Below are positions 19,582-30,489 of a DNA stretch of 49,763 bases, in pieces. Source of the DNA: Oscillospiraceae bacterium (GTDB lineage: Bacteria > Bacillota > Clostridia > Oscillospirales > Ruminococcaceae). How positions within the stretch are numbered: the first letter of the stretch is position 1; every line of letters starts with the position of its first letter. Both the position numbers and the translations under genes were made by a program. The notes beneath the pieces are model-generated. The model saw only the letters and a list, made by a program, of their open reading frames with translations, was not told where the DNA came from and made no database searches. Location: positions 1-49,763 of the forward strand of contig JAZSEP010000083.1 of NCBI GenBank assembly GCA_045531755.1, given 5' to 3'.

Positions 19582-19603
19582 GAGGCCGAAAGGAGGAAAA
19601 CTG

Positions 19604-19939
19604 ATGGAAGCAAGGGCATATCTTAAATACGCCCGTATTGCACCCCGCAAAGTACAGATTGTTCTCGACCTTATAAGAAACAAGCCTGTAAACCTTGCGA
19701 TGGCAATACTCAAGCACACCCCCAAAGCAGCATGTGAGCCGCTTGAAAAGCTCCTGAAGTCGGCTATCGCTAACGCGGAGAACAATCACAACATGGACAA
19801 GAACAACCTCTATGTTGCTGAGTGCTTCGTAAGTGCAGGACCTACACTCAAGAGGATTAGACCCAGAGCACAGGGCCGCGCATTCCACGTTATGAAAAGA
19901 ACTTCACACATCACTTTGGTTCTCAAAGAGAAAGAATAA
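19604..19939 (+). CDS. rplV: 50S ribosomal protein L22
   Basis: ATG at 19604 follows [24 protein letters not shown] matches L22. The ORF-track start at 19523 overlaps rpsS and is rejected. Confidence 0.96.
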   Translation: MEARAYLKYARIAPRKVQIVLDLIRNKPVNLAMAILKHTPKAACEPLEKLLKSAIANAENNHNMDKNNLYVAECFVSAGPTLKRIRPRAQGRAFHVMKRTSHITLVLKEKE

Positions 19940-19959
19940 GCTGGAAGAGGAGGTAAACT

Positions 19960-20631
19960 ATGGGACAGAAAGTAAATCCACACGGCCTGAGAGTGGGCGT
20001 CATCAAAAATTGGGACTCCCGCTGGTTTGCTAAGGACAACGCTTTCGGCGATATCCTTGTTGAGGACTATAAACTTCGTAAAGCTCTCAAAGAGAAGCTC
20101 TACGCTTCCGGAGTTGCGAAGATAGAAATCGAGCGCGATAACACAGGCAGAGTTAAGATTAACATTCACACCGCAAAACCCGGTATGGTTATCGGTAAGG
20201 GCGGTACAGAGATTGATAAGCTCAAGGAAGAGTGCAAGGCACTTCTCGGAAGAGAGAACGTATCAATCAATATCACAGAGGTAAAGAGCCCTGATAAGAA
20301 CGCACAGCTCATCGCAGAGAACATCGCTGCACAGCTTGAAAGACGTGTATCTTTCCGCCGTGCAATGAAGATGGCAATCGGCAGAACAATGAAGCTTGGC
20401 GCAAAGGGTATCAAGATCAGCGTTTCCGGCCGTCTCGGCGGTGCAGAAATCGCAAGAACAGAAAGATACCACGAGGGTACAATTCCGCTGCAGACAATCA
20501 GAGCTGATATCGACTACGGTTTTGCTGAGGCAAACACCACATACGGAAAGATCGGCGTAAAGGTTTGGCTGTATGCAGGAGAAGTCCTTAAGGGTGCAAA
20601 AAAGCATCGTAAGGAAGGAGGAAACAAGTAA
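19960..20631 (+). CDS. rpsC: 30S ribosomal protein S3
   Basis: [13 protein letters not shown] matches S3. Confidence 0.98.
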   Translation: MGQKVNPHGLRVGVIKNWDSRWFAKDNAFGDILVEDYKLRKALKEKLYASGVAKIEIERDNTGRVKINIHTAKPGMVIGKGGTEIDKLKEECKALLGRENVSINITEVKSPDKNAQLIAENIAAQLERRVSFRRAMKMAIGRTMKLGAKGIKISVSGRLGGAEIARTERYHEGTIPLQTIRADIDYGFAEANTTYGKIGVKVWLYAGEVLKGAKKHRKEGGNK

Positions 20632-21056
20632 TGCTGCTGCCAAAGAGAGTAAAATATCGCCGCCAGCAGAGAGGCCGCCTCACAGGTAAGGCTATGCGCG
20701 GTAATAAGGTTACAAACGGAGATTTCGGTCTCCAGGCACTTGAGCCTTCTTGGATCACCTCCAATCAGATCGAGGCTGCCCGTATTGCTATGACACGTTA
20801 CATCAAGCGTGGCGGACAGGTTTGGATCAAGATATTCCCCGACAAGCCTATCACAGCGAAGCCTGCTGAAACTCGAATGGGTTCCGGTAAAGGTAGCCCT
20901 GAGTATTGGGTAGCTGTAGTTAAGCCGGGCAGAGTAATGTTTGAGATTGGCGGAGTTAGCGAAGAACTCGCAAGAGAAGCTTTCAGACTCGCAATGCACA
21001 AACTGCCCGTAAAGTGCAAATTCGTTAAAAAGGAAGAAAAGGGTGGTGAGCAATAA
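20631..21056 (+). CDS. rplP: 50S ribosomal protein L16
   Basis: [16 protein letters not shown] matches L16. TAATG overlap with rpsC. Confidence 0.98.
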   Translation: MLLPKRVKYRRQQRGRLTGKAMRGNKVTNGDFGLQALEPSWITSNQIEAARIAMTRYIKRGGQVWIKIFPDKPITAKPAETRMGSGKGSPEYWVAVVKPGRVMFEIGGVSEELAREAFRLAMHKLPVKCKFVKKEEKGGEQ

Positions 21057-21259
21057 TGAAGGCTGTTGAGATTCGTGAGATGTCTACAAGCGAGCTTAAC
21101 GAAAAGCTGACTGAGCTCAAAGCTGAGCTTTTCAACCTTCGTTTCCAGCACGCTATCAATCAGCTCGACAATCCCACAAGACTTAACGTAGTTAAGAAGG
21201 ATATTGCTCGCATCAAGACAATCATCCGTGAGAACGAGTTGAAAGAGACCGCGAAATAA
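21056..21259 (+). CDS. rpmC: 50S ribosomal protein L29
   Basis: 67 aa. [19 protein letters not shown] matches L29. Confidence 0.96.
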   Translation: MKAVEIREMSTSELNEKLTELKAELFNLRFQHAINQLDNPTRLNVVKKDIARIKTIIRENELKETAK

Positions 21260-21277
21260 GGGAAGGAGGAGTAAACT

Positions 21278-21535
21278 GTGAGCGAAAGAAATCTCAGAAA
21301 AACCAGAGTAGGTACAGTAGTTAGCAACAAGATGGATAAGACAATCGTTGTAGCCATCAAGGATAACGTAAAGGACCCTCTGTACAAGAAGATAATCAAA
21401 CGCACAATCAGACTTAAGGCACACGACGAGCAGAACGTATGTTCTATCGGCGACCGTGTTGAAATCATGGAAACTCGTCCTCTCTCTAAAGACAAAAGAT
21501 GGAGACTGGTCGAAATCATTGAGAAAGCAAAATAA
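21278..21535 (+). CDS. rpsQ: 30S ribosomal protein S17
   Basis: GTG start after [28 protein letters not shown] matches S17. Confidence 0.96.
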   Translation: MSERNLRKTRVGTVVSNKMDKTIVVAIKDNVKDPLYKKIIKRTIRLKAHDEQNVCSIGDRVEIMETRPLSKDKRWRLVEIIEKAK

Positions 21536-21565
21536 TTATAGTGTAACCGAAAGGAGGAACGCATT

Positions 21566-21934
21566 GTGATACAGATGCAGACCTACCTCAAGGTGGCTGA
21601 CAATACAGGTGCAAAGGAACTTATGTGCATCAGAGTATTGGGCGGCTCCCGCAGGAGGTACGCTAATATTGGCGATGTCGTAGTAGCTTCCGTAAAGAAA
21701 GCTGCTCCCGGCGGCGTAGTAAAGAAGGGCGACGTTGTAAAGGCTGTAATAGTCCGTTCAGCAAAAGGCCTTCGCCGTGAGGACGGAACATATATCCGTT
21801 TTGACGAGAACGCTGCAGTAATAATCAAAGAAGATAAAAACCCCAGAGGAACACGTATCTTTGGCCCAGTGGCAAGAGAGCTTCGTGACAAGGAATATCT
21901 CAAGATATTAAGCCTCGCCCCCGAGGTGCTCTGA
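21566..21934 (+). CDS. rplN: 50S ribosomal protein L14
   Basis: [18 protein letters not shown] matches L14. Confidence 0.98.
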   Translation: MIQMQTYLKVADNTGAKELMCIRVLGGSRRRYANIGDVVVASVKKAAPGGVVKKGDVVKAVIVRSAKGLRREDGTYIRFDENAAVIIKEDKNPRGTRIFGPVARELRDKEYLKILSLAPEVL

Positions 21935-21952
21935 TAATAGGAGGTGCTCAAA

Positions 21953-22276
21953 GTGAACAAGATTCACGTGAAGACGGGCGATACCGTCGTCATTTTATCC
22001 GGTAAGGATAAAGGCAAAAAGGGCAAGGTTCTTGAAGTAAGTCCAACTGAGAAAAAAGTAATCGTCGAAGGCTGCAACATGGTAACAAAACATGTTAAAC
22101 CTCGCAGAATGGGCGAATCAGGTGGAATAGTCAAGGCTGAGGCACCTTTGTATGCCTGCAAAGTAATGCTCGTATGCCCCAAGTGCGGCAAGCCCACAAG
22201 ACTTGCACATAAGATAGCGGCAGACGGCACAAAAAAACGCGTTTGCAAAAACGATAAATGCGGCGAAACATTTTAA
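21953..22276 (+). CDS. rplX: 50S ribosomal protein L24 (with a Cys-rich C-terminal segment)
   Basis: KOW motif [15 protein letters not shown]. The GTG at 21953 is 8 nt after AGGAGG and is preferred over the GTG at 21944. Confidence 0.93.
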   Translation: MNKIHVKTGDTVVILSGKDKGKKGKVLEVSPTEKKVIVEGCNMVTKHVKPRRMGESGGIVKAEAPLYACKVMLVCPKCGKPTRLAHKIAADGTKKRVCKNDKCGETF

Positions 22277-22291
22277 GGAGGAGGAAACAAC

Positions 22292-22831
22292 ATGGCAAGA
22301 ATGAAAGACTTCTATGTGAGCGAAGTCGCACCGGCACTGATGAAAAAGTTCGGCTATAAAAGCGTCATGCAGATTCCGAAACTTGATAAAATCGTCGTTA
22401 ATGTTGGTTGCGGAGAAGCCCGCGACAATGCTAAGGTAATCGATGCTATCATCGGCGACCTCGGTAAAATAACAGGCCAGCGTGCAGTAGTATGCCGCGC
22501 AAGAAAGTCTGTTGCAAACTTTAAGCTCCGTGAGGGAATGCCCATCGGTGCTAAGGTAACACTCAGAGGCGAGAGAATGTATGAGTTCTTGGATAGACTC
22601 TTCAACGTAGCTCTTCCCCGAGTAAGAGACTTCAGAGGAATCAGCGCTAACGGCTTCGACGGCAGAGGAAACTATGCTTTCGGACTCAAAGAGCAGCTCA
22701 TCTTCCCTGAAATCGAGTTTGATAAAATCGATAAGGTTCGTGGAATGGACATTTGTTTTGTTACATCCGCAAAGACAGATGAAGAGGCTCGTGAGCTTTT
22801 AACACTCATGGGCGCACCATTTGCGAAGTAA
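22292..22831 (+). CDS. rplE: 50S ribosomal protein L5
   Basis: L5 family sequence. Operon order agrees. Confidence 0.97.
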   Translation: MARMKDFYVSEVAPALMKKFGYKSVMQIPKLDKIVVNVGCGEARDNAKVIDAIIGDLGKITGQRAVVCRARKSVANFKLREGMPIGAKVTLRGERMYEFLDRLFNVALPRVRDFRGISANGFDGRGNYAFGLKEQLIFPEIEFDKIDKVRGMDICFVTSAKTDEEARELLTLMGAPFAK

Positions 22832-22843
22832 GGAGGTTTTTTC

Positions 22844-23029
22844 GTGGCTAAAAAGTCAATGATAGCTAAACAGCAGAGAACCCCTAAATTCTCATCCCGC
22901 GCATACAACAGATGCAAAATCTGCGGCAGACCACATGCTTATCTTCGTAAGTTCGGCATTTGCCGTATATGCTTCAGAGAACTCGCTTACAAGGGCGAGA
23001 TTCCGGGTGTGAAGAAGGCAAGCTGGTAA
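22844..23029 (+). CDS. rpsN: 30S ribosomal protein S14 type Z (zinc-binding form)
   Basis: 61 aa. [20 protein letters not shown] carries CxxC...CxxC. Confidence 0.97.
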   Translation: MAKKSMIAKQQRTPKFSSRAYNRCKICGRPHAYLRKFGICRICFRELAYKGEIPGVKKASW

Positions 23030-23055
23030 GCGCATAAGCAAAGGAGGTTGACGGC

Positions 23056-23454
23056 ATGCAAATCACCGATACAATCGCTGATATGCTGACCAGAATCAGA
23101 AACGCTAATTCAGCGAAACATGAATCCGTAGACATTCCTGCTTCCAATATGAAGAAAGCAATCGCTCAGATTCTTTTGGACGAAGGATATGTTAAGAGTT
23201 TTCAGGTTATAGATGACGATAAGCAGGGTGTTATTCGCGTAACATTGAAGTACGGCGATAACAAAACTCCCGTCATCACCGGTTTACGCAGAGTATCTAA
23301 ACCGGGACTGCGCATATATACCAACTGCGAGGAAATGCCTAAGGTAATGAACGGCCTCGGCATTGCAATCCTGTCCACTTCTAAGGGCGTTATGACCGAT
23401 AAAAAGGCACGCAAAGAGAATGTTGGCGGCGAAGTCCTTGCATTTGTTTGGTAA
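23056..23454 (+). CDS. rpsH: 30S ribosomal protein S8
   Basis: [14 protein letters not shown] matches S8. Confidence 0.98.
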   Translation: MQITDTIADMLTRIRNANSAKHESVDIPASNMKKAIAQILLDEGYVKSFQVIDDDKQGVIRVTLKYGDNKTPVITGLRRVSKPGLRIYTNCEEMPKVMNGLGIAILSTSKGVMTDKKARKENVGGEVLAFVW

Positions 23455-23468
23455 GGAGGTGCAGTTGA

Positions 23469-24014
23469 ATGTCAAGAATAGGTAGAAAACCGATAGCTAT
23501 ACCAGCTGGTGTAGAAGTAAAGGTAAACGGCACAGAGGTTACTGTAAAGGGTCCTAAGGGAACACTCACACAGAACTTCAGTGAGCGTATGACAGTTGAG
23601 GTCAACGGAGCAGAGGTAGTAGTAACCCGCCCCAGCGACAGCAACGAAGATAAGAGCCTGCACGGCCTCACAAGAACACTTATCTCCAACATGGTAACAG
23701 GCGTAACAGACTGTTTCAAGAAAGAGTTGGAAGTAAACGGTGTTGGTTACCGTGTTGCAAAGCAGGGCAAGGATCTCGTAATGAACCTCGGTTATTCACA
23801 CCAGGTAATTATGCCCGAGATCGACGGAATAACTATCGAAGTACCGAACCCCAACAAGATCGTGGTCATCGGCCCCGATAAGCAGAAGGTCGGTCAGTTT
23901 GCCGCTGAAATCCGTGAAAAGCGTCCTCCCGAGCCTTATAAGGGCAAAGGCATCAAGTACGTTGATGAAGTAATCAGACGCAAAGAGGGTAAAGCAGGTA
24001 AAGGTAAGAAGTAA
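23469..24014 (+). CDS. rplF: 50S ribosomal protein L6
   Basis: [17 protein letters not shown] matches L6. Confidence 0.98.
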   Translation: MSRIGRKPIAIPAGVEVKVNGTEVTVKGPKGTLTQNFSERMTVEVNGAEVVVTRPSDSNEDKSLHGLTRTLISNMVTGVTDCFKKELEVNGVGYRVAKQGKDLVMNLGYSHQVIMPEIDGITIEVPNPNKIVVIGPDKQKVGQFAAEIREKRPPEPYKGKGIKYVDEVIRRKEGKAGKGKK

Positions 24015-24032
24015 TAAAAGGAGTGACTAAAC

Positions 24033-24392
24033 ATGGTGAATAAGCCCGATAGCAATAAAGCAAGGCTTATAAGACATCGCAGAGTCCGCGGAAAGATCAG
24101 CGGAACAGCTGCTCGTCCACGCCTCAGTGTATTCCGCTCCGCTAAGCATATCTACGCACAGATCATCGACGATGTAAACGGCGTAACACTCGCAGCTGCA
24201 TCTTCTATGGACAAAGAGTTCGAAGGACTCGGTTCCAATAAGGAAGCAGCAAAGAAGGTTGGAGAAGCTGTTGCAAAGAAGGCTCTTGAGAAGGGCGTAG
24301 AAGAGGTCGTATTCGACCGTAGCGGTTACATCTATCACGGTCGTATTCAGGCATTGGCTGATGGAGCCCGTGAAGGCGGTCTCAAATTCTGA
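24033..24392 (+). CDS. rplR: 50S ribosomal protein L18
   Basis: [23 protein letters not shown] matches L18. Confidence 0.97.
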   Translation: MVNKPDSNKARLIRHRRVRGKISGTAARPRLSVFRSAKHIYAQIIDDVNGVTLAAASSMDKEFEGLGSNKEAAKKVGEAVAKKALEKGVEEVVFDRSGYIYHGRIQALADGAREGGLKF

Positions 24393-24409
24393 TAAAGGAG
24401 GGAATACTT

Positions 24410-24910
24410 TTGGCTAAAATAGATGCTTCTACTCTCGATTTGAAGGAAAAGTTGGTTTCCTTGAATCGTGTATCAAAAACAGTAAAGGGCGGTCGTATCT
24501 TCAAGTTCGCAGCACTCGTAGTAGTTGGTGACGGAAACGGAACCATCGGAGTCGGACTCGGAAAATCTGCCGAAGTTCCGGACGCTATCAGAAAGGCGAT
24601 CGAAGACGCGAAGAAGAATCTCATCAAGGTATCCCTGAGAGGAACAACAATTCCCCACGAGATAATCGGTGAGTTCGGAGCCGCAAGAGTTCTGATGAAG
24701 CCCGCACCTCAAGGTACCGGTGTTATCGCCGGCGGCCCCGTACGTGCAGTACTCGAGGCAGCAGGAATCAGAGACATAAGAACAAAATCTCTTCGTTCCA
24801 ACAACCCCTGCAACGTTGTAAACGCAACATTCAAGGGACTTGAGGCACTCAGAGATGTTGAGCAGGTAGCTGCAATTCGCGGCAAGTCTGCAAAAGAAAT
24901 ATTGGGCTAA
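24410..24910 (+). CDS. rpsE: 30S ribosomal protein S5
   Basis: TTG start after [23 protein letters not shown] matches S5. Confidence 0.96.
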   Translation: MAKIDASTLDLKEKLVSLNRVSKTVKGGRIFKFAALVVVGDGNGTIGVGLGKSAEVPDAIRKAIEDAKKNLIKVSLRGTTIPHEIIGEFGAARVLMKPAPQGTGVIAGGPVRAVLEAAGIRDIRTKSLRSNNPCNVVNATFKGLEALRDVEQVAAIRGKSAKEILG

Positions 24911-24925
24911 GGAGGACTTTGAGCA

Positions 24926-25096
24926 ATGAAGATTAAACTCGTAAAGAGCCTTATCGGCAGAAAAGATAATCAGATAGCAACTGCAGAGTCCTTGGGTCTT
25001 CGCAAGGTCGGAGATGTAACAACACAGCCCGATAACGACGCAACAAAAGGAAAAGTTGCAAAAATTTCTCACCTCGTCGAGGTAACCGAAGACTAA
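24926..25096 (+). CDS. rpmD: 50S ribosomal protein L30 (not in the ORF track, 56 aa)
   Basis: Translated by hand: [66 protein letters not shown] at 24909-24915. Sits in the expected slot between rpsE and rplO. Confidence 0.92.
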   Translation: MKIKLVKSLIGRKDNQIATAESLGLRKVGDVTTQPDNDATKGKVAKISHLVEVTED

Positions 25097-25113
25097 GCAA
25101 GGAGGTGCAAGAT

Positions 25114-25557
25114 ATGAAAATTCATGAGCTTACTCCTGCTCCGGGTTCTGTCAAAGACGCAAAGCGTAAGGGCAGAGGCGCTGGTTCAGGTAACGGCAAA
25201 ACAGCCGGCAAAGGCCATAAGGGTCAGAAAGCTCGTTCGGGCGGCGGCGTAAGACCGGGCTTCGAAGGCGGACAGATGCCTCTTCAGAGACGTATTCCTA
25301 AGAGAGGCTTCAACAACATCTTCGCTACAAACTATGTAGCAATCAATGTTGGCGTTCTCAACGAGAAGTTCAACGACGGTGACGTAGTTGATGCGGCAGC
25401 AATTAAAGCGTCCGGAATCATCAAAAACACCAAAGACGGCATAAAGATTCTTGGAGAGGGCAACCTCACAAAGAAGCTTACTGTTAAAGCTGCTGCTTAT
25501 TCCGAGTCTGCAAAGCAGAAAATTGAGGAAGCAGGCGGAAAGGCAGAGGTGATATAA
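25114..25557 (+). CDS. rplO: 50S ribosomal protein L15
   Basis: ATG at 25114 follows [19 protein letters not shown]...[13 protein letters not shown] matches L15. Confidence 0.97.
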   Translation: MKIHELTPAPGSVKDAKRKGRGAGSGNGKTAGKGHKGQKARSGGGVRPGFEGGQMPLQRRIPKRGFNNIFATNYVAINVGVLNEKFNDGDVVDAAAIKASGIIKNTKDGIKILGEGNLTKKLTVKAAAYSESAKQKIEEAGGKAEVI

Positions 25558-26844
25558 GTGTTTGAAACTCTTAAAAATGCGTGGAAAATAGCAGACCTGA
25601 GAAAAAAACTCTTATACACACTGTTAATTGTCGTTATATTTAGAATTGGATGTAAAGTTCCTGTACCGTATTTGGATCCCGAAGTGATGAAATCGCTCTT
25701 CGCAACCGGAGGTGTTTTCGGAGACGGAAACCTGCTCGGATATATGAGTATCCTCACCGGTGGTGCGTTGAAGGATGCGTCGATATTTGCTATGGGTATC
25801 TCCCCATACATCACATCGTCCATCGTAGTTCAGCTTTTGGCTATTGCGATTCCTGCACTTGAAAGACTTTCAAAAGAGGGCGAAGCAGGCCGTAAAAAGT
25901 TAAACCAGATTACTCGCTACGTAGCGGTTGTTCTGGCACTTGTTCAGGCGTTTGCTCTTTACCTCACCCTGAAGTCAAACGGCGTTTTGATAAACAATGG
26001 TTGGTTCCCGGCAATAGTTATTATCCTCTCCCTCACAGCAGGTGCGATGGTAGTAACCTGGCTCGGTGAAAGAATCGACCAAAAGGGTATAGGAAACGGT
26101 ATCTCTATGATACTCTTCGCAGGTATCCTCGCAGGAGGACCTCAGGTTGCATTGTATTTCTGGTCAATCATTACCAGTAAAAACGTTTTCCAGATTGTAA
26201 TGCTGCCTGTAATTGCGATCCTTTTCATCCTTATTATTGCATTTATCGTATTGATGACCAACGCAGAACGCAGAATTCCCGTACAGTACGCAAAGCGTGT
26301 TGTCGGCAGAAAGATGTATGGCGGTCAGAACTCCAATATTCCCTTGAAGCTTAATATGTCCGGCGTTATGCCTATCATCTTTGCTTCTTCGCTTATGGCG
26401 ATTCCCGGAACTATCGGAGCATTCGTTTCCAATCCACCACCCTTCTGGAAGGGATTCTTCGACCTGTTCTCATACAATAACTGGTTGTATGCAGTTCTGT
26501 CCTTTGTACTCATCATAGCATTCAACTATTTCTATGTTGCTATTCAGTACAATCCCGTTGAGATTGCCAATAACCTTCGTAAGAACAGCGGCGGTGTTCC
26601 CGGTATCAGACCCGGAAAGCCCACCTCTGACTTCATCACAAAGATTCTCGGCAAGATAACACTCATGGGCGGTGTATTCCTCGGTATAATGGCAATACTC
26701 CCGATAGCAGTCGGTGCAATCACAAAGATTAACATCGCTCTCGGAGGAACTACAGTAATGATTATCGTCGGTGTTGCTCTTGATACAGTAAGAGATCTCG
26801 AGTCGCAGATGATGATGCGTCACTATAAAGGCTTCCTTGAATAA
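25558..26844 (+). CDS. secY: Preprotein translocase subunit SecY
   Basis: 428-aa polytopic protein with the SecY signature region (LGYMSILTGGALKDASIFAMGISPYITSSI). Operon position agrees. Confidence 0.97.
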   Translation: MFETLKNAWKIADLRKKLLYTLLIVVIFRIGCKVPVPYLDPEVMKSLFATGGVFGDGNLLGYMSILTGGALKDASIFAMGISPYITSSIVVQLLAIAIPALERLSKEGEAGRKKLNQITRYVAVVLALVQAFALYLTLKSNGVLINNGWFPAIVIILSLTAGAMVVTWLGERIDQKGIGNGISMILFAGILAGGPQVALYFWSIITSKNVFQIVMLPVIAILFILIIAFIVLMTNAERRIPVQYAKRVVGRKMYGGQNSNIPLKLNMSGVMPIIFASSLMAIPGTIGAFVSNPPPFWKGFFDLFSYNNWLYAVLSFVLIIAFNYFYVAIQYNPVEIANNLRKNSGGVPGIRPGKPTSDFITKILGKITLMGGVFLGIMAILPIAVGAITKINIALGGTTVMIIVGVALDTVRDLESQMMMRHYKGFLE

Positions 26845-26857
26845 TGGAGGAAAACGT

Positions 26858-27490
26858 ATGAAGCTCATACTTTTGGGTGCTCCCGGTGCGGGAAAAGGTA
26901 CTCAGGCAGAGATAATCTGCGACCATCTGGGTATCCCTGCTATCAGCACAGGAAACATTATTCGTGAAGCTTTGAAAAACGGCACCGAAATGGGACTCAA
27001 GGCTAAATCCTATATGGATGACGGCAAGCTTGTTCCCGACGACGTCGTAATCGGAATCATCAAGGAGCGTCTTGCAAAGGACGACTGCCAGAACGGCTTC
27101 ATCCTTGATGGATTTCCCCGCACAGTACCTCAGGCAGAGGCACTTGACGAGATGGGTATCATCATCGACAAGGTAATCGATATCGAGGTAGCTGACGAAA
27201 AGATTGAAAAGAGATTGTCCGGCAGACGCGTATGCGAAGTTTGCGGAGCATCCTACCACATTGACTATAAACCTTCACCTAACGGTGATAAATGCGGTAA
27301 GTGCGACGGAAACCTTATCATCAGAAAGGATGATAAGCCGGAAACAATCAGAGAGCGTTTGCAGGTTTATCACGAGCAGACCGAGCCTCTCAAGGACTAC
27401 TACGAGAAGACAGGAAAGCTGTGCATCGTAGAAGGACAGGAAGAGGTAGCTGATACAACAAAGCTGACGTTGGCGGCTTTGGAGGCGTAG
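26858..27490 (+). CDS. adk: Adenylate kinase (zinc-lid type)
   Basis: MKLILLGAPGAGKGTQ P-loop. Lid carries CEVC...CGKC. The ATG at 26858 is preferred over the track start at 26837. Confidence 0.97.
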   Translation: MKLILLGAPGAGKGTQAEIICDHLGIPAISTGNIIREALKNGTEMGLKAKSYMDDGKLVPDDVVIGIIKERLAKDDCQNGFILDGFPRTVPQAEALDEMGIIIDKVIDIEVADEKIEKRLSGRRVCEVCGASYHIDYKPSPNGDKCGKCDGNLIIRKDDKPETIRERLQVYHEQTEPLKDYYEKTGKLCIVEGQEEVADTTKLTLAALEA

Positions 27491-27492
27491 CT

Positions 27493-28242
27493 ATGGTTGT
27501 GCTTAAAACCGCAAGGGAGCTGCAGCTTATGCAGCACGCCTGCAAAATCTCCGCACAAGCATTGGAATTGGCGGGAAAAGCAGTGAAACCTGGCGTTTCC
27601 ACATATGACATTGATGCGTTGATACACGATTTCATTGTGGGCGCCGGCGCCAAACCCTCTTTTTTGGGTTACGGCGGATTTCCTGCAAGCTCCTGTATTT
27701 CCATAAATGACGAGATTATCCACGGTATCCCAAGTCGCAAAAGAATCATCCAAAACGGTGATATAGTAAGTATCGACGTCGGCGCGTTTATAGACGGCTA
27801 TCACGGAGATAATGCATACACCTTCGCGGCAGGTGATATAAGCGACGAGGCGAAAAAACTGTTGGAAGCGACAGAGCAGAGTCTTTATGAAGCAATAAAG
27901 GTAGCTGTTGCCGGAAACAGAATCGGAGACATCGGTCACGCAGTTTCTCAATACGTCGAGGACAGAGGATTTTCCGTTGTCCGTGAGTACGTAGGTCACG
28001 GTGTGGGCAGAGATCTGCATGAAGACCCCGAGGTTCCCAACTTTGGAAAGGCAGGACACGGAGTCCGTTTGGTGCCCGGAATGACCATAGCAATTGAGCC
28101 TATGATTAATGCGGGTACAAGTCAGGTCAAGCGCCTGTCGGATAACTGGACTGTAGTGACAGCGGACCACAGTTTGTCAGCACATTTTGAACACACCATA
28201 GTCATAACGGCGGATGGACCCGTCATAATGACAAAGGCGTGA
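27493..28242 (+). CDS. map: Type I methionine aminopeptidase
   Basis: Metal-ligand context (DVGAFIDGYHGD, GHGVG, IEPM). Operon position agrees. Confidence 0.96.
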   Translation: MVVLKTARELQLMQHACKISAQALELAGKAVKPGVSTYDIDALIHDFIVGAGAKPSFLGYGGFPASSCISINDEIIHGIPSRKRIIQNGDIVSIDVGAFIDGYHGDNAYTFAAGDISDEAKKLLEATEQSLYEAIKVAVAGNRIGDIGHAVSQYVEDRGFSVVREYVGHGVGRDLHEDPEVPNFGKAGHGVRLVPGMTIAIEPMINAGTSQVKRLSDNWTVVTADHSLSAHFEHTIVITADGPVIMTKA

Positions 28243-28256
28243 GAGGGAGGAATCCC

Positions 28257-28523
28257 GTGCAGATTAAACAAGGAAGCGTAGTAAAATCGATAGCAGGTCA
28301 CGACAAAGACAGATTTTACGTAGTTGTCAGGTTAGAGGGTGACTTTGCGTTTATCGCGGACGGAAAGGTCAGAAAACTTGAAGCTCCAAAGAAAAAACGT
28401 ATAAAACACCTCGCACCGACCAAAGCAGAGGTCGATTTGAAAGAAACAGCCACCAATAACAAACTAAAGAATGCTCTTAAAGAATTTAATTCTGAAGAAC
28501 AGGTCACCGAAGGAGGTATTTGA
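28257..28523 (+). CDS. KOW-domain RNA-binding protein (map-infA spacer gene typical of Clostridia)
   Basis: GTG at 28257 is 6 nt after GGGAGG. KOW-like segment GSVVKSIAGHDKDRFYVVV. Confidence 0.75.
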   Translation: MQIKQGSVVKSIAGHDKDRFYVVVRLEGDFAFIADGKVRKLEAPKKKRIKHLAPTKAEVDLKETATNNKLKNALKEFNSEEQVTEGGI

Positions 28524-28742
28524 GTGTCGAAGGAAGATGTAATTGAGATTGAGGGTACTGTAGTAGATGCATTGCCCAACGCAACCTTCAAGGTTGAGCT
28601 TCCCAATGGCCACCAAATTTTAGCTCATATTTCCGGTAGATTGAGAATGAACTTCATCCGCATACTGCCGGGCGACAAGGTGACAGTTGAAATGTCGCCG
28701 TATGATCTCACAAAAGGACGCATCACTTGGCGTTCTAAGTAA
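28524..28742 (+). CDS. infA: Translation initiation factor IF-1
   Basis: (M)[25 protein letters not shown] matches IF-1. Confidence 0.97.
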   Translation: MSKEDVIEIEGTVVDALPNATFKVELPNGHQILAHISGRLRMNFIRILPGDKVTVEMSPYDLTKGRITWRSK

Positions 28743-28805
28743 AAAAACAAACCCTTTAAGGATAAGGAGCGGACAAAAGTCCGCAAAACAAGGAGGTATT
28801 TGAAG

Positions 28806-28919
28806 ATGAAAGTCAGACCTTCAGTAAAGCCTATTTGCAAGGACTGCAAAGTAATCAAGCGCAAAGGACGCGTTATGATTATCTGCAAGGACCCCAAGCA
28901 TAAACAAAGACAAGGCTAA
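28806..28919 (+). CDS. rpmJ: 50S ribosomal protein L36 (not in the ORF track, 37 aa, Cys-containing form)
   Basis: Translated by hand: [47 protein letters not shown] lies upstream. Confidence 0.95.
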   Translation: MKVRPSVKPICKDCKVIKRKGRVMIICKDPKHKQRQG

Positions 28920-28944
28920 TCCTAAATAATGGAGGTGCAATTAA

Positions 28945-29313
28945 ATGGCTCGTTTATCCGGTGTTGACTTGCCGAGAGAGAAGAGAATAGAGATTGGACT
29001 TACCTATATTTTCGGTATAGGACTTACCACATCCAAGAAGATTCTCGCGGCAACAGGAATCAATCCTGACACAAGAGTTAAGGATCTCACAGAAGAAGAT
29101 GTTTCCAAGCTTCGTGACTATATCGATAACAACCTTACTGTTGAGGGTGACCTTCGTAGAGAAGTAGGTCTTAACATTAAGCGTCTTGTTGAGATTCAGT
29201 GCTACAGAGGAGTTCGTCATAGAAAGGGACTTCCTGTAAGAGGCCAGAGAACAAAGACAAATGCTCGTACCCGTAAGGGACCTGCAAAGACAATTGCAAA
29301 CAAGAAGAAATAA
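28945..29313 (+). CDS. rpsM: 30S ribosomal protein S13
   Basis: [26 protein letters not shown] matches S13. Confidence 0.98.
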   Translation: MARLSGVDLPREKRIEIGLTYIFGIGLTTSKKILAATGINPDTRVKDLTEEDVSKLRDYIDNNLTVEGDLRREVGLNIKRLVEIQCYRGVRHRKGLPVRGQRTKTNARTRKGPAKTIANKKK

Positions 29314-29328
29314 GGGAGGATATAAGAG

Positions 29329-29724
29329 ATGGCAAATGTAAAGAAAGCCACAACTCGCAGACGCCGTGAGCGCAAGAATATTGAGCGTGGCGCTGCACAT
29401 ATCCAGTCAACCTTTAACAACACCATCGTCACGATCACAGACGTTCAGGGCAACGCATTGTCTTGGGCAAGTGCTGGCGGACTTGGCTTCAGAGGTTCCA
29501 AGAAGTCTACTCCTTTTGCTGCACAGACAGCAGCAGAAACAGCAGCAAAGGCTGCAATGGAGCACGGACTCAAGACTGTTGAAGTTTACGTCAAGGGCCC
29601 CGGTGCAGGTCGTGAGGCTGCAATCAGAGCACTTCAGGCAGCAGGCTTGGAAGTTAGCATGATCAAGGATGTAACTCCCATTCCCCACAACGGATGCCGC
29701 CCGCCCAAGAGAAGACGCGTCTGA
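29329..29724 (+). CDS. rpsK: 30S ribosomal protein S11
   Basis: [15 protein letters not shown]...[16 protein letters not shown] matches S11. Confidence 0.98.
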   Translation: MANVKKATTRRRRERKNIERGAAHIQSTFNNTIVTITDVQGNALSWASAGGLGFRGSKKSTPFAAQTAAETAAKAAMEHGLKTVEVYVKGPGAGREAAIRALQAAGLEVSMIKDVTPIPHNGCRPPKRRRV

Positions 29725-29783
29725 TTGGTAAAAGTAAGAGTTGACAATCGATTAAAAGAAATCCATTCAGGAGGTGTAACCAG

Positions 29784-30410
29784 ATGGCAAGATATACTGG
29801 TGCTTCATGCAGACTTTGTCGCCGCGAGGGACAGAAGCTTTTTCTGAAGGGCGAGAGATGCTATTCAGATAAGTGTGCAATAGCTCGCAGACAGTATGCA
29901 CCTGGCCAGCATGGTCAAAATCGTAAAAAGGTTTCAGAATACGGACTCCAGTTGCGTGAAAAGCAGAAGGCAAAGCGCTACTACGGCGTTCTCGAGAGCC
30001 AGTTCGCAAAGTATTTCGATATGGCTGAGAGAAAAGCAGGAATGACAGGTGAAAACCTTCTCAAGATTCTTGAAAGCCGTTTTGATAACGTAGTTTACAG
30101 ACTTGGTTTGGCAAGCTCAAGAAAAGAAGCAAGACAGCTTGTTCTCCACAACCACTTCACAGTAAACGGCAAGAAAGCAAACATTCCTTCTATGCTTTTG
30201 AAGGTTGGCGATGTAATCGCTGTAACCGAGAACAGCAGAACAAGCGAGAAGATCAAGGCAGTTGTAGAGGCAAACTCAGCTCGTCCTGTTCCGAAGTGGC
30301 TTGATGCTGACAGCAACACACTTACCGGTAAAATCGTCGAGATGCCTGCAAGAGAGGACATTGACCTCGAGGTAGAAGAGCATCTTATCGTCGAGCTTTA
30401 CTCCAAGTAA
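29784..30410 (+). CDS. rpsD: 30S ribosomal protein S4
   Basis: [26 protein letters not shown] matches S4. Confidence 0.98.
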   Translation: MARYTGASCRLCRREGQKLFLKGERCYSDKCAIARRQYAPGQHGQNRKKVSEYGLQLREKQKAKRYYGVLESQFAKYFDMAERKAGMTGENLLKILESRFDNVVYRLGLASSRKEARQLVLHNHFTVNGKKANIPSMLLKVGDVIAVTENSRTSEKIKAVVEANSARPVPKWLDADSNTLTGKIVEMPAREDIDLEVEEHLIVELYSK

Positions 30411-30489
30411 TAAAGTTGCATAACGCAAGAGGAAGTCGTAAACAAACAGCAGCAGCAAATGCTGCGTAAAACAGGGAGGGTTATAAACA

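Noticed and set aside
29725-29783. S4 autoregulatory leader upstream of rpsD or rpsM
   Set aside because: The rpsK-rpsD spacer is 59 nt with only marginal 4-bp helices, and the rpmJ-rpsM spacer is 25 nt. I cannot support a structured element from sequence alone. A covariance-model scan with S4-leader models would be needed.
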